From a virus (lineage: Duplodnaviria > Heunggongvirae > Uroviricota > Caudoviricetes), in the IMG/VR virus record IMGVR_UViG_3300028592_000006, positions 64,001 through 79,505 of that record: DNA of 15,505 nt; one strand, given 5' to 3'. Both the position numbers and the translations under genes were made by a program. Below are positions 14,547 to 15,505 of this stretch, piece after piece; within the stretch, counting starts at the first letter, position 1, and every line of letters starts with the position of its first letter. Below the pieces are notes generated by a model. That model was not told the DNA's origin. It did not search any database and saw only the letters and a list, made by a program, of their open reading frames with translations.

Positions 14547-14622
14547 TGGTGATGTCGGCGGGACTTGAACCCTGCATTGCCCGAGTGAAAGTCGGGAGTG
14601 ATGACCTTTACACCACGACATC
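14547..14622 (-). tRNA. trnE: tRNA-Glu(TTC)
   Basis: Acceptor GATGTCG/CGACATC plus ACCA; anticodon arm CCCGA-CTTTCAC-TCGGG; the T stem has a bulged A. Confidence 0.88.
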
Positions 14623-14637
14623 AGCGGAGAAAGGGTT

Positions 14638-14711
14638 TGGCAGTCTCGCAAGGTTTTGAACCTTGGCTGGGTGGATCAAAGCCACCAGTGCTACCATTAC
14701 ACCACGAGACC
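14638..14711 (-). tRNA. trnQ: tRNA-Gln(TTG)
   Basis: Acceptor GGTCTCG/CGAGACT plus GCCA; anticodon arm GGTGG-CTTTGAT-CCACC; T arm CAAGG-TTCAAAA-CCTTG. Confidence 0.92.
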
Positions 14712-14934
14712 AGAAAAAGGCCTCACCGCTGTTGTCGCGGTCGCTCTCGTCGTGGAGCTGGAATGGTGTAGTTCACAGGAAAAGGTGTCGCGACAAGGTG
14801 GTTTAGTTGAGACGTATATTCCAAATGTAGTCCCAGCCGGACATTCGCAACGAGCGGACCATGCACAATCTTGAGATTGTAGGCAAGAGGATTTCCTTGT
14901 CAGAAATAATGGGGTGTTTTTCTGACAGGTTGGT

Positions 14935-15010
14935 TGGCTCACCGGGTAGGGATCGAACCTACGACCTTCGGGGTAACAACCCGTTGCAACTACCTCTGTG
15001 CTACCGGTGA
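14935..15010 (-). tRNA. trnN: tRNA-Asn(GTT)
   Basis: Acceptor TCACCGG/CCGGTGA plus GCCA; anticodon arm ACGGG-TTGTTAC-CCCGA; T arm GTAGG-TTCGATC-CCTAC. Confidence 0.92.
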
Positions 15011-15012
15011 GT

Positions 15013-15089
15013 TGGTGGATCGTGAAGGTCTCGAACCTTCGGCCTGCCGGTTAAAAGCCGGCTGCTCTGACCAACTGAGCTAACGATCC
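15013..15089 (-). tRNA. trnK: tRNA-Lys(TTT)
   Basis: Acceptor GGATCGT/ACGATCC plus ACCA; anticodon arm GCCGG-CTTTTAA-CCGGC; canonical D and T arms. Confidence 0.95.
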
Positions 15090-15098
15090 TTGGAAAGG

Positions 15099-15173
15099 TG
15101 GAGGTCCGGGTCGGACTTGAACCGACAGCCCCTTGATTACGAATCAAACGCACTACCATTGTGCTACCGGACC
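15099..15173 (-). tRNA. trnT: tRNA-Thr(CGT)
   Basis: Acceptor GGTCCGG/CCGGACC plus TCCA; anticodon arm TTTGA-TTCGTAA-TCAAG; T arm GTCGG-TTCAAGT-CCGAC. Confidence 0.92.
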
Positions 15174-15226
15174 ATGAGAACAACGAAGAGGAGAGCCGCG
15201 TAGCGGGCTCGATCAATTTCGTTTCA

Positions 15227-15316
15227 GGCCGGTGGTTGTCAGGAACACGAGGAAAGGAATGACAGGTCCCGGGAAAAAGGCAAGCCCCGACATCCTTGCC
15301 ATTAGACGACCGAGGC
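15227..15316 (-). pseudogene. Degenerate tRNA-like sequence
   Basis: The 5' half GCCTCGG-TC-GTC-TAATGGCAAG-GAT-G is tRNA-like. It is followed by stems TCGGG/CCCGG and TGTCA/TGACA in anticodon-arm and T-arm positions, but with 12- and 18-nt loops and no clean 3' acceptor strand. Confidence 0.4.
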
Positions 15317-15318
15317 AT

Positions 15319-15394
15319 TGGTTGCAGGAGTGGGATTTGAACCCACGACCTAGAGCTTATGAAACTCCCGCGCTAACCGCTGCGCCATCCTGCT
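15319..15394 (-). tRNA. trnM: tRNA-Met(CAT), initiator-like acceptor stem
   Basis: Acceptor AGCAGGA/TCCTGCA (A1.A72 mismatch) plus ACCA; anticodon arm GGAGT-TTCATAA-GCTCT; T arm GTGGG-TTCAAAT-CCCAC. Whether it is fMet, elongator Met or Ile2 is not resolved. Confidence 0.88.
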
Positions 15395-15505
15395 GCACCG
15401 GTTCCTAGCAGGCTGGCGGGAGTTGGTCAATCTGCTTGGTGACTTGTGACAATCTCTAACAGACGCGGAACATTCGGCTGTTCCGTGCGAAGCACGGGTG
15501 GGGAG

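Noticed and set aside
14697-14942. Cys-rich 81-aa minus-strand ORF in the tRNA array
   Set aside because: Both its start and stop lie inside tRNA genes, its codon use is unlike the phage genes, and it has no clear Zn-binding spacing.
15001-15318. 105-aa minus-strand ORF and other ORFs over 14194-14874
   Set aside because: They run through tRNA genes.
1-15505. Stop-codon reassignment, DGR template/variable repeats, CRISPR arrays, integrase/att sites, rRNA
   Set aside because: Genes tile cleanly under the standard code, the array has no suppressor tRNA, and no such repeats or genes were seen in this window.

Overview
A segment of a tailed dsDNA phage (or prophage) genome, about 60% GC, with every supportable gene on the minus strand. 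Read right to left it contains: a cluster of 8 tRNA genes (Met, Thr, Lys, Asn, Gln, Glu, Arg and an unusual long-variable-arm Pro); a head module (beta-rich virion protein, small ORF, P22-like portal, two small ORFs, ParB/Srx-like protein, scaffold, major capsid protein, probable decoration protein, another virion protein); a trypsin-like serine protease; a lysis-like cluster (holin-like membrane protein, DUF1353-like protein, lipoprotein, YkuD/L,D-transpeptidase-like endolysin candidate); an HEXXH peptidase; a metallophosphoesterase; an AT-rich HNH endonuclease; an HTH protein; and the start of a probable tail gene cut by the window edge. Strongest signals: (1) the HNH cassette has replaced the 3' end of the phosphoesterase gene with a recoded copy and left the original 28-codon end downstream; (2) a tRNA with a Pro anticodon and Pro acceptor determinants on a Ser-like class II body with A37; (3) an 18-bp G.U-containing helix in a highly structured leader of the capsid gene. 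All family assignments come from motif recognition by eye; no database searches or folding programs were run.
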